Assembly (NCBI GenBank): GCA_905331295.1
Contig: CAJNYD010000242.1
Coordinates: 124,001-173,422, forward strand
DNA: 49,422 nt
Reading direction: 5' to 3'
From: Rotaria socialis
Lineage: Eukaryota
In this document: in pieces, positions 38,144 through 49,422 of the stretch
How the letters are laid out: each line of letters starts with the position of its first letter
Numbering within the stretch: the first letter of the stretch is position 1
Program-made: the position numbers and the translations under genes
The notes under the pieces: generated by a model
The model's input: only the letters and a program-made list of their open reading frames with translations
Told to the model about the DNA's origin: nothing
Database searches by the model: none

Positions 38144-38649
38144 GTATCGTCGTCATCATCAAGCTCTTCGGTTGTGCCTAATTTTAAAGAAGGCACAGAA
38201 ATTATCTTATAATGCTTTTAAAAAATGGAAGAATGAATATCCATTTGCTAGTGAAAGTATCTACGAGACTACTATTCTAATTTATCAGAGATCTGTTTTT
38301 GTTTTTTTCATGATAAACTCAATTATGTTGATGCTCGTATTAAACTAATTGTCAATCTTATTTCTACTGATAAAAATATCCAAGCTGCAATTAAATAAAT
38401 ATCATTGTACTTCCGTCATAAACAGATGTCGTGTTCTACCAGAAAATATTCAAATAAATACATGACTCGTCAATAATGATTCACATGTAATATTATTTTC
38501 CTGTTCTGTTTCTTTTAATGCTTTTATTGTAGTTTAATAAATTTTATAATATTTCGATATCGAAAATATTTTCGTTGAATTTTGAAAGAAAGCTAACTAT
38601 TTTGCAATAACAACTATTCGGTTTACCGCTGCATTTTATTATTGCAATC

Positions 38650-40681
38650 ATGCGTCAATATGAGTCTTCAACATCAATTTTAACAAATGACAAGATGATC
38701 TATTACTTAATGAATGAAGATGATGCTCTACAAGACATGGCAAACACAATTAAAGAGATAAAGGAAATTTTAGGTTTATCATCAGTAGCAATAGTACGCT
38801 TATTACTCAATCATTTCCATTGGGATCAATATACTCTGAATGGTAAAGTAACTATTGTAATTGGTTAGCTAGATATTTTATATTTTATTAGATCGTTACT
38901 GGGAGGATCCTGATAGATTATTTCGAATATTGCATCTGACTAATCCAAATACATCAGTAAAAATTGATTTTAATCCTCAGTCACCATCATCGAATGTTGA
39001 GCAAGATCCATCATTAAAATCAAACAATCGTGAACTTGTTACATGTAGCACGTAAGAAGTATTTATTTGCTAACAAAATAATTCTTTTTCTTTTTGTATT
39101 GAAGTTGTTGTGTAGAAAAACCTAGAAATGAATTCTATTCATTATCTTGTCGTCATCAACATTGTTTAGCATGTTGGCAGTCGTACCTTGAATCAAAAAT
39201 TGTACACAGTCCCGATGGGAAAGTTATTTCATGTCCATCGAACTGCAATCAAATCGTTGATGATGAACAAATTTTTCGCTTATTATCTAATAACGACCGG
39301 TTAAAAAAACTTTTTCAAAAATTATCAGTAAATACATACGTCGAAACAAATCGTTTAACACATTGGTGTCCTGGAAATGCATGTTCAACAATAGTAAAAT
39401 TACAATCTGCTTTGCTTGATAGTGCACAAATGATATCCTGTGATACATGTAAAACGAGTTTTTGTTTCCAATGTTTACATCAATGGCATGATCCAATTCA
39501 ATGTTCACTATTACAAAAGTGGGAAAAGAAAAATCGAGATGAATCCATGACTTGTGAATGGATTGTAGCAAGTACGCTTGAATGATTAAGATCAATTTGA
39601 ATAAAAAAAGATTTCATTTCTAGATACTAAAGATTGTCCGAATTGCCATGCGAGTATTGAAAAAAATGGTGGTTGTAATCATATGAGTAAGTCGGACATT
39701 GAGTTTTAACTCAAAAAAAATAAAGTTTTATTCGTTGTTGTTTTTTTCTAGCTTGTCGAAAGCCAGGATGTAATTTTGAATTCTGTTGGTTATGTTTTAG
39801 TACGTAAAAATATTTACTCATTAATTATCGTGTAAACGAAAAATAACTTTAAACAAGTGAAAACCTTCTGTGTAAAAATTCGTACATTCATATGTTTTTA
39901 TCATTCAGTAATCATAAATGATAAATATATCTAGAAACAATAATGCGTTCAATGATTTAACTCTAGTGAAAATGCTATTTTAAAAAATTTTCGTTTTCAT
40001 AAGATTTCACTCAGGAATCCAAAAAAGTATTACACTCGTATATCTTGCTTCCGTGTTGGTTATAGCTTAAAATGCATTTGAGTAAAACTTTTTCGCAAAA
40101 GTTTTCATTAACGTGCTTTTTCTTAATTTACCATTTGTTTTCGTTTTGCCTTAGATCCTTGGAAAGATCATGCATCTAGCCAATGCAACGTTTATAAGGA
40201 CGAGGATAATGATAAAAATAAATTATCGGCCCGTGAAAGTCTTGCACGGTATATGCATTATTTTACACGTTATCAAACACATAATCAATCGCTTGAATTA
40301 GAAGGTAAGCTTTCAGAACAAGCTGAAAAACGAATCTATGAAATGCAAACGGAAGCACAATCATACACTGCACAGCAAGCGATTTATAAAGCATTTAATG
40401 TTTTAAAAGAATGTCGATGTACATTGAAATACACGTACGCATTCGCTTATTATTTACATCGAAATAATCAAGCTGAAGTATTTGAACAAAATCAAGCAGA
40501 TTTAGAACGAGCAACAGAAGCTTTATCCGGTTATTTAGAACAAGAAATTGATTCGGATCCGAATCTATCAATAAAATTAATGGATAAAACACGGTATTGT
40601 GATCAACGACGACAAATTTTACTTAAACATTGTAAAGAAGGCTATGCTGAACACTATTGGGCTGGATTAAATCCATATTGA
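38650..40681 (+). CDS. Ariadne-family RBR E3 ubiquitin ligase (ARIH1/ARIH2-like; 6 exons)
   Basis: UBA-like [14 protein letters not shown]1 (CSTCC...[10 protein letters not shown]); IBR (WCPGNAC...[19 protein letters not shown]); RING2 [22 protein letters not shown] with the catalytic Cys; Ariadne domain ([27 protein letters not shown]). Confidence 0.92.
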
Positions 40682-40810
40682 ACTGTAAAAAAAATACTTT
40701 TTTCCAATTGTTTTATTCATCCACATTTATTTTTCTTTGCTTTACTGTGATCATAGAAACGAATTATTTTTATTCATAAAGAAATATTTTGCGAATACTT
40801 TTTGTTTAAG

Positions 40811-41116
40811 ATGACGAGTTATACATTAGGACAAAAACATATTGCACCTGTCAAGCCAGAACGTGGCGTTTTCCTTCTAGATCATGAAGGTTCTCATGAT
40901 TTATTTTTCTAAAAATGATTAGAACTAGTTGTAATTATTCAGGTGAATGCAAAGAAAAAATGTTGAAATATATGTTGTGTTGAGCACGTAATGATAGTAA
41001 AAACGTCAAACTGAATCAAAAGAATATTTTCAATGTCGAATGGATCGGTAAACAGCAAATTTTCTCTCTGATTGGTTTCTTTAAGTTTGATTTCACGTTT
41101 AGAAATTTAATGAAAA
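40811..41116 (+). pseudogene. COX19: COX19 pseudogene (degenerate duplicate of 46061-46438)
   Basis: Exon 1 and both introns match the intact copy. Disruptions: TGA at 40981-40983 (TTA in the intact copy), a 7-nt frameshifting deletion in exon 2, and loss of most of exon 3. Confidence 0.88.
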
Positions 41117-43099
41117 GACATATTTATAGCAGTAATCAACAAGGCATAGAACTTCTGGCGAAATAAAAGCTGTGTTTCAATAGAGTCCATTGAAATGCAA
41201 ATAGGCAGTAGTCGAAAACATAAAATTTAATTTAGATTCTTTGAGTATTTGTCGTGAATTGGTAGCTCATAAATGTTAATGTAGAGAGTATTTTTCTGTA
41301 ATATGGTTTATATGATTCGACTACTTACACCATCATGTAGCCATGGAACTTTTCGTTCATCGATGAATATAAAATTATCAAAACAAATGAATTTTACACT
41401 ATTATAGCACAACAAGATTCAATATATTTCATGTCCGATCTTAATCTGATTGAAAAATTAAAATTATCAACTACTCATCAGAAGTTTAGTTAAACTAATC
41501 TATTTTAGGTCAAACCTGTTTGTGTTTTTTCTCACACTAGTCAAAGAATGGAATGAATACGGCAATTATCATCGAAAATCGAAACACTTTTACTTTAGAG
41601 ACGCTTCTCTACTTGGTTGTAATCAAAATAAAGAGCGATTTCATTGGTCATTGCAGCTTATCTTACGCGTGCAGCAATCACTTGAGTTCCGTGAAGATCT
41701 TAGCAACTATCATCTTAATATGTTTTACATATTAAACAAGATAAAACTATGCCCATTTGAATATCCCTAGAGAACATTCCCTATGAAACCGTCTTCTTTT
41801 CGATAATAGTTAAATTACTGTGCATATTTGAGGATTAGAATAATTTATTAAGAATGTCAAATATTTCTGAAAGTGAATCCACTTTTTGTCGATTTGTTTA
41901 TTTCATTAGTATTCTTTTACTTCTTTCGTTTAGTTTTATATATGTTGTGCAGTTTCTTTTATTCTTTCGATGCTTTCAAGATCATGGCTATCATGTTTCT
42001 ATTCTGTATGAAGGATCGATGTATTCTAGTAATATTGAATTTTATTTATGACATATAATGGACAACAATGTACTATGTTGCATTATCTACTAAACTAGAA
42101 TATAACAGACATTTTTAATAAAAGGGATAGCCAGTTTTCTATCTATATTAATTAATTACTAGCAATCGGAATGAATTGTTTGACAAGTAAAAGTTTAAAA
42201 AATAACATTACTTGCAAAAATGGGACTAAAGCATCTTCAGATTTTTTCATCACGATAATACTACATTTTCTTTGGAAATCATAGTTGACATACGTGCACG
42301 TGTAGATTTGAAAGAACTGCTTGCGTGTACGTGAGTGGGTCGGATGTGAATATCAATGCAGAGAATATCACATTCATGCCATTTATGCTTAGTGGCACAA
42401 GGCAACATCTTCAAAACGTTGAGCTTCTATTCCCATATTGACAAGCAAGTAGTTGGGGTAGATCAATTAGTTGTTTTTGCATATTTATATTTATACTTTT
42501 TGATTTGAATAGCTTTCAGAATGAGAGAATAACAGATACATGTCTGTGAAGTCATACTTGAAACATCGTTTACTTAACGATTGTTCAAGCGAAAGATTGA
42601 CTTTATAAAGATTTCATAAGTATGAGATACTACTATGTTGATCCATTGGAATTACACCAGTTTTCATTCATATATTTGATTTTGCGGTTTCAACCTTAAG
42701 ATACTGCCTGATGATATAACTTCAGCACAGGGACGTCTACCATTTTCCAGATATTAATAAATGATTAATCATTCTTAGGCCAACCGATATGCGTTCGATA
42801 ATTCGTTCGTTCTTGTCATATACAAATATAAATAGTTTCCGTCTTGTATAGAAACGTCTAGTTAGTACACAGAACAGAACTGTATTTAAGATGCGCTACT
42901 TTTTTCTTGACTCCTGAATATATATGATTTTCTTGTATAATTAAATGCGTGAAGACCTTCTTTTTACGAGGAAACTGCATCAGATATTCAGATTGTACAC
43001 GAAGGTATTTTATCCAACAATTTAGAAGAGAACAATGCTATTGTTCGTGTTTTTCCTGGATAAAAAAAAATGCATTGTCTTTAACGAATAACTACAATC

Positions 43100-43665
43100 C
43101 AGAGCTGGGCGAAATATTCGAAGTACTCGTACTCGAGTACCATTTTGGTCGTACTCGTACTCGTACTCGAGGGTTAAGTACTCGAAGTCCTATATCAACA
43201 TTAATTATATCAAAATGATGCTTGATAAAATCATAATGTAGATTTCTTTCTTTCCTTTCATATTTATATATATTGTATTCTGAATGAATCATTCAGATAA
43301 ATATTTATCCTTCTTTATATGAGCTGGGTCTGAAATACTTATCAGTGCTGGCTACATCAGCTCCTATTGAAAGAATATTTTCTCAAAGTGGATTTGTAAT
43401 GCGCCCATATCGCGCATCGTTAACTTCAAAAAATGTATGTTTGCTTACATTTCTTAAATGTAATCAAGTTTTGTTGTAGTTTTGTTTTGAAACTTGATGA
43501 TAAACGTAGTTTAAAAATATTGATTCCTGACTAAGACTATTTCTTGAGCTCACAATTGATACGTAATCCCTAACACTACCAATTAAATTTTCTCTAATAA
43601 GTTCGCGACAAACGCATTCTCATCATGTACTCGTACTCGAAAAAGTCCGTACTTGCCCAGCTCTG
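43100..43665 (+). mobile_element. hAT internal-deletion derivative retaining the transposase C-terminal dimerisation domain
   Basis: TIRs CAGAGCTGGGC / GCCCAGCTCTG. Perfect TSD CTACAATC at 43092-43099 and 43666-43673. GTACTC subterminal repeats. 43303-43479 encodes IYPSLYELGLKYLSVLATSAPIERIFSQSGFVMRPYRASL...FLKCN. Confidence 0.92.
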
Positions 43666-44619
43666 CTACAATCATGAAACATATTTTTACGCTTTTTTTT
43701 ATTTAAAATCATTCAAAAATAGATTTACAATGAGAAATTAAAAATGTCACATCTTAAAAATAGCCGAGTAAATATATAATGCTTAATCATGTATGGAATT
43801 TTGAGTTTTAATTTGAGTGATTCTTCACTGTGTAATCGTAAATTGTATTGACTATTGGTAAAAATTAATTTATCGGTCTTGAGCTTTTCTTAATATTACG
43901 AAAGAGGAATGTGTGCACTAAGTGAACAGAACCATATTCAAAGATATTTTTTATGATACACTCCATCTTCATGCAAGGGGTTTTTACTTTGGCATTCACT
44001 AGTCACTTCTAAAGAAGCTTTCTTGCCTTTCATTAATAAATCGATTTCCAATAAAAGCAGAATCTTGTTAGATTTTTTTCTTAAACTGATTTTCCTTTTT
44101 TTTTGCATAAGAAATGTTTCAACGTATGTTGTCTTGAGGTTTCACTCGAAAATGTTTTACCATGAATATATCTTCAAATAGTGACATGCTGAAGAAAATT
44201 ATTTGGAGTTCTAGTCTGATTATTTCGTTTACATGTTGAATAGTACGCGAGAGAGAATCATGAATGTTAATTACCGTCTCTCTAACGTTAATGTCTTCTG
44301 TAATAGAAATTTTTTTCGAAGAAGAAAACATGTCACAGATGGAACCTTCATTCAAACACATAAAACCTTATTCATATTGATAATATGAATTATCTTGGAA
44401 GTTACTTGTCCTTGAATGCAAATAGAGTTATTTGGATACGACAACATCTTATAATTCACTCTTGCTCGAAATAATTACACGTGCCCAGTAGTGATGTATT
44501 TATTTATCCCCTCTAATATTATGCTATATTTATTAATGTTGTTAGATTTATTCAGATTAGTTTGTCCATCAAAATTTGTAATCTTATAAATAACCTGATC
44601 ATTAACAACATCTGCCACG

Positions 44620-45258
44620 ATGAAAATACAATACGGTGCTGCAATGGATATTGATCACGCAGCGGGTATTTTTCTCGTGGGCTTGGTTACCGTTGGCCTT
44701 GGCCATTAGAATTCATATCTTCACGACGTTTTTGGTCAAGCTGAAACATCAATGCTTCTGTCACGTGGATTAAATGTGACTCGTACTGCGGAAGCTTTCA
44801 TTTGCGATCTTCCTTATGATGATTGTCGCTGTCTTGTTGTATCGAACACATCTGAGAAATCTGTAACTTGCATCACTTATGATCAACTGGTTGTTAGTAG
44901 AATTTTACCATTAGTCTCATTCTTTTTACAAATCATTCTCATTCGAGAGCTTTTCTCATTGAGTGGAAACTATCGTCGCGTTTTGGTTTACACTTTATGG
45001 ATTGCTTCTATATTCATCTTTATCTGTATTACCATAGGTATCTATTATAGTAGCTGCTACCATGCTCATATAACTGTAACTTTATTCTTGTCTAGTGGGG
45101 TATTATGTTTGGTCGCTTTGCACACTTGGACACATAGTAATGATCATCAAAGGTCTATTTCTGACCACCGGACTCAGATGAGGATCTCTCGAGAATCAGG
45201 GAAAACTAAAATTACAAGTAGCGGTGAGATAAATTCGAAGTCTTCGGATATAGTATAA
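44620..45258 (+). pseudogene. Intronless multi-pass membrane protein gene interrupted by an in-frame TAG
   Basis: TATAAA at 44585 and an ATG at 44620 in frame with ORF 44752-45258, with TAG at 44707-44709. One hydrophobic segment precedes the stop; a Cys-rich loop and three more hydrophobic segments follow. Confidence 0.6.
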
Positions 45259-46060
45259 AATATTACTTGAGTTTGAGTTAAAATTTTTGAAAATCTATCA
45301 AATAGTTTTCGTTTTCTTCATACCATTTTCGAATGAACCTCAAATGTCAAAATATTTGTTGGGTTTCTTTAAATAGAATCATAAATGACTATCTCATCTT
45401 GAAATCGGCAGACGAAAAACGATAAGTGTATGAAATACTGATGGTGTTCTCAATTTCTTGTATCTTTAAACGAGAGAAAACCTACGCAAAAATTAGTATC
45501 TCAAAGAAAAACTTCTAATTTCTCTTGTATTCTGCTATGAAGGTGTGCATGCTTCTCCGATTCAGCTTTATTTTCTATAACGTGTGATGCATTTGCGCCC
45601 TTTTTAATCCTGATTTTGTGTGACTGAAAACTATTTTTTTTCTGTCAATTCTGTTGTCTGCTTCTATTTTGGAGGAAGTATTTTGGGTTTATAGTGAAAT
45701 AAAATATGAAATAAGACCTGTTGAAAATGGTCTGGCATATACACTAGCATGACATATGGTTTTTTCTTGAATCTTGTCTCGAAAGATGTGGCATGCGCAT
45801 TTGCCAAAACAACTTATTTTTTATTTGAAAAGGCGAGAGTGATCCGCTCGTTCGACATGAGTAGGCAGTGGTGCATGTGATAGCTTGTGGCGCTCTCTGG
45901 AATTACTATACATTGTTTTGTTTTCTTCGTCTTATTACTATTGGCTAATGTGCAATCCTATATTATTCTCATCTGCATATGACAAACCGATAGATAGATA
46001 CACGAAATATTTTTGTATTTTTGAAAAAGAAAATCTATTGTATACGCCTTTTTGTTTAAG

Positions 46061-46438
46061 ATGACGAGTTATACGTTAGGACAAAAACATATTGCACCTA
46101 CCAAACCAGAACGTGGCGTTTTCCCTCTAGATCATGAAGGTTTTAATGATTTATTTTTCTAAAAATGATTAGAACTAGTTGTAATTATTCAGGTGAATGC
46201 AAAGAAAAAATGTTGAAATATATGTTGTGTTTAACACGCAATGATAGTAAACCAAGCAAATGTCAAACTGAATCAAAAGAATATTTTCAATGTCGAATGG
46301 ATCGGTAAACATGACATTTTCTCTATGATTGGTTCCTTTAAGTTTGATTTCATGTTTAGAAATTTAATGAAAAAACATGAATGGGAAGATTTGGGATATT
46401 TCGATGGTCGAGAAAAGCAAACGTCGGACTCAAATTAG
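46061..46438 (+). CDS. COX19: Cytochrome c oxidase assembly protein COX19 (exons 46061-46139, 46193-46304, 46360-46438)
   Basis: MTSYTLGQKHIAPTKPERGVFPLDHEGECKEKMLKYMLCLTRNDSKPSKCQTESKEYFQCRMDRNLMKKHEWEDLGY...: FPLDH motif and twin CX9C. Confidence 0.93.
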
Positions 46439-47167
46439 TTGACTTTTGTTTTTAATCATTTTGTTACAATTTTGTTAGAGATAAAGTATTGAAACACAGA
46501 ACAATATGTTTGCTGAACTCTTAAATAGAATTATTAAAGTTGAAATATACTGTTAGTAGTAATCAACAAGACATAGAAATTATATCATTCAATGGAGCAC
46601 TAATTTGAAATAAGTCTGTGTTAAAAAATACAAAATTTAAGTTAGACTCTATGAATATCTGTTTTGATTTGTATTGCATGAATGTTAATATCGCGAGTGC
46701 TTTTCTATAATATGCTTTATATGATTAGACTCCTTACATCGTAATGTTGCCATGAAACATTTCGTTCTTCAATTATATTAGAATGAAAAAGTTTATTACT
46801 GTAGCCTCTTCTGAACCAGAGCTAAGGTGCGAAACTCTCATATATACCATACAGTTGGTAAGTTAGTGCAAAACAGCTGAAGTGAAAAATCTGCCTTAAC
46901 TTCTAAAATCAATAATTAAGACATCCCCTATTTGTTGATGTCTGCAATGGGGAAACGGAGCCGCAAAAATCACACTTTGAAACTCAGCCAACATTTTATT
47001 CGAAAATATATGTGAGCCACACAGAAGAGCCCATCGAGTCCAAGAATGCATGAACCCGGACCCGACTAATTTACATGTTTGGGTTTTGCGACCGTATCCG
47101 GAGGACCTACATGTGAGGGCGTGGATGCGTTTGGAGATGAATTGGAGAAGTACACGCACATCCAAAC

Positions 47168-47501
47168 CAGGGCTGGGCAAGTCAGGTGTTTTCAAGACAG
47201 AAGTCAAGTCTGACTTGGCTTGTCCAGCTCTGAATTCATTCAAATGATATAAATAAATATAGTTCAAATTCAATGAGGTGTATGAACGAACAAAAAAAAT
47301 CAGAAAAGAAGATACCTCTTAACAACCGTATGACTCAACATGGAAAAATATTTTGACTATCCCTGATTTGATTTAGGAAATCTGTTTAATATATTTGACC
47401 TGACTTGATAAAAATTTCTGATTTTCAGAATTTTACTTGACTTGGAAAACCTTTCGAGTAAATTTGATTTTACTAGACTTGACTTGACTTGCCCAGCTCT
47501 G
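47168..47501. mobile_element. hAT MITE related to the 43100 element
   Basis: TIRs CAGGGCTGGGCAAGTCA / TGACTTGCCCAGCTCTG and GACTT subterminal repeats. Flanks ATCCAAAC / AACCCAAAC form an imperfect TSD. Confidence 0.8.
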
Positions 47502-48439
47502 AACCCAAACCAGTCATCATGACATGTATACGTATGTGTTGCTAAAGAAAAGAGAAAACAAATGTTGTCGGATTGTAAATCTCACATATAGATATTGTGT
47601 CAATATTGTAATATTATTATTGATTAAAAGAGTTCGACTTGTTTATTCGATATTCAAAAGCTTATATATTTGAAAAAGCAAAGATTTAAATATAGAATCA
47701 ATTAGTTTATTAAAGTCGCTCAAATAAATGAGTTGAAGCACTTGAGAATTTGAACATTTCTATGAATTATTCAAGATTATATAAAATTTGTTCAACAAGG
47801 TACATTTTATCTAATAAATAGAGACCACCATCGATTGATACATTTGCTAAAAAGAACAATGATTTTATAGACAAAATGAGAATGACGAGACGATTTTTAT
47901 CTTTTCTCAACTTGTTTTGTTTTTCGTCGCTTAATGTTCATCGGCGAACTTCACGATTGATGAGATATTGGGAAAAAATAATGAAGATGACTTGAAAAAA
48001 TACTTTTTTTTAGCATGGAATAGTAAAAACATGAAAGTTCCAATGAATGTTGACTGAATATCTATGAAAATTCCGATGATGATCTACAACATGTGAATAA
48101 TTGATACAATAGATGTGTCATGATAAGAACAATTATCCTACACGCTCGTTTCAGTTCATTCACTTATGCGAAAGTTCATAAAGAACTTTGCAGAGTTAAT
48201 GAATGATTAGAGAAAAACGTATCTATTTGATGATTATACTTTTGGATATGTCTCAAAATAGAATATAATTCAGCCGTTGTATTTTCTTCATCGTATGTTC
48301 AATATGTCAAGAATAAATTATAGAGGATATACTGAATTATCTATCTATATAGCCAGGTGTAATCGTGCATTTAGAGAGCTACAGTGAGTAACTTGTTTGG
48401 TAAGACGAGTACAGGTGTGTGTGTGTGTAACTTTGAACA

Positions 48440-49352
48440 ATGTCATCTATGCTGGATTACAATTTCATCTACAATCGTGTCACAGCAATTATCATACCAA
48501 TTCAAATTGTACTTGGAATTTTAACAAATATATTTTATATTCTTGTCCTCTTACGGCGATCCTTATTACAGACTTCACCTTGCACCTACTATTTTCTTAC
48601 AGAATCCGTGATCTCGCTTATTTCTGTAATAATCGAACCAGGACGTCAATTTGCTGAAAATGATTTCATCTTCAGACCCTATACTACACTAGTCGGCTGT
48701 ACGTTAGTATCTTATCTTCTCACACTGACGTCATTCTATATAAATATTCGTTTCATGCTTGCTACTTTTGATCGTTTTTGCAAATCATCAACACTAGTTT
48801 ATATTCGCAATTGGAATTCAATCGTTGTGGCTCGGCGAGCTATCATCATTATGGCATTCGTACTTCCTATTATACTCAGTTCAACGCTGATCGTTTGACA
48901 TATCAACCATGATTATGGTTATTTTTGGTCTACTCACAATTCTAAATGTTCACGCTGAAAGAAATCGAATAATCCCTGGACTTGGTAATGGGAATCAACA
49001 GCGCCGTACAGAAATTCAACTAGCACGAATGTTATTGTGGCAAGTATTTAATTATCTTATCTTTTTTCTACTCATTGGTGTCACATATACATTGGTTGTG
49101 GTTAATTCTTCAATGCAAACGACTTTTCTAGACTTTATAATCAACGTATGCTCTGTGTGACTTCAGTTTTTCTTCGTTACACCCTTCTTCTTGTATATTC
49201 TAACAGTAAGTCTATATAGGCGTGAATTGAAAAATATTTTGTCGTATCAATATATTTCGAAGAAATCAAACGCTTTTGAACACAGTTACTATGGCTCCTG
49301 TTGGCAGAGATCGTACAACTATTCAATAATAATTTTTCCTGGTTCAGATTAA
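48440..49352 (+). pseudogene. Class A (rhodopsin-like) GPCR pseudogene
   Basis: TM1 LGILTN, SPCTYYF, TM3 C...LATFDRFC, IMVIFGLLT, QLARMLLWQV, TM7 PFFLYILT..LYRREL. Stop at 48896-48898, a frameshift with apparent loss of ECL2 and part of TM5, and a second stop at 49158-49160. Confidence 0.8.
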
Positions 49353-49422
49353 AATTTTAAAGTGAACTAGTTGACTTCGAAATGCATTTTAATCTCAACT
49401 AGTTGACTTTAAAATTTTGATC

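Noticed and set aside
41522..42900. Short ORFs between the COX19 copies
   Set aside because: No recognisable motifs or consistent splice model.
46951..46970. GGAAACGGAGC resembling SRP RNA helix 8
   Set aside because: The flanks do not form the SRP S-domain or Alu domain, so this is probably a chance match.
48440..49352. GPCR as the cognate receptor of the two peptides
   Set aside because: It is disrupted, lies ~17 kb away, and proximity alone is not evidence of ligand-receptor pairing.
1..49422. tRNA, rRNA, CRISPR arrays, hammerhead ribozymes, telomeric repeats
   Set aside because: No convincing signature seen by eye. A covariance-model scan would be needed to exclude small RNAs.

Overview
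AT-rich eukaryotic (metazoan) genomic DNA with very short introns, mostly 50-65 nt. Together with an intronless ADP-ribosyltransferase-TPR gene and a divergent class A GPCR, this is most consistent with a bdelloid rotifer (inference). Protein genes: a WD40 protein, HSCB, TRAPPC11, an intronless LRR type I membrane protein, a TTC23-like TPR protein, a TCAF-like M60 metallopeptidase, a stand-alone C2 protein, an ART-TPR protein, an Ariadne RBR E3 ligase and COX19. Disrupted genes: a broken COX19 copy, a stop-interrupted multi-TM gene and a GPCR pseudogene. About a dozen non-autonomous DNA transposons are present (five hAT, one Tc1/mariner, one PIF/Harbinger-like, one Mutator-like, two DINE-1/Helentron-like, others), many with readable TIRs and TSDs. 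The most interesting signal is a pair of paralogous secreted-peptide precursor genes about 11.6 kb apart (19656-20128 and 31262-31754). They share a 3-codon first exon, a signal peptide and a conserved C-terminal peptide [A/T]IPIELQKA[LY/FF]AHGIV-G, predicting an amidated neuropeptide family I cannot assign to a known class. All gene models were spliced by eye and need confirmation with transcripts.
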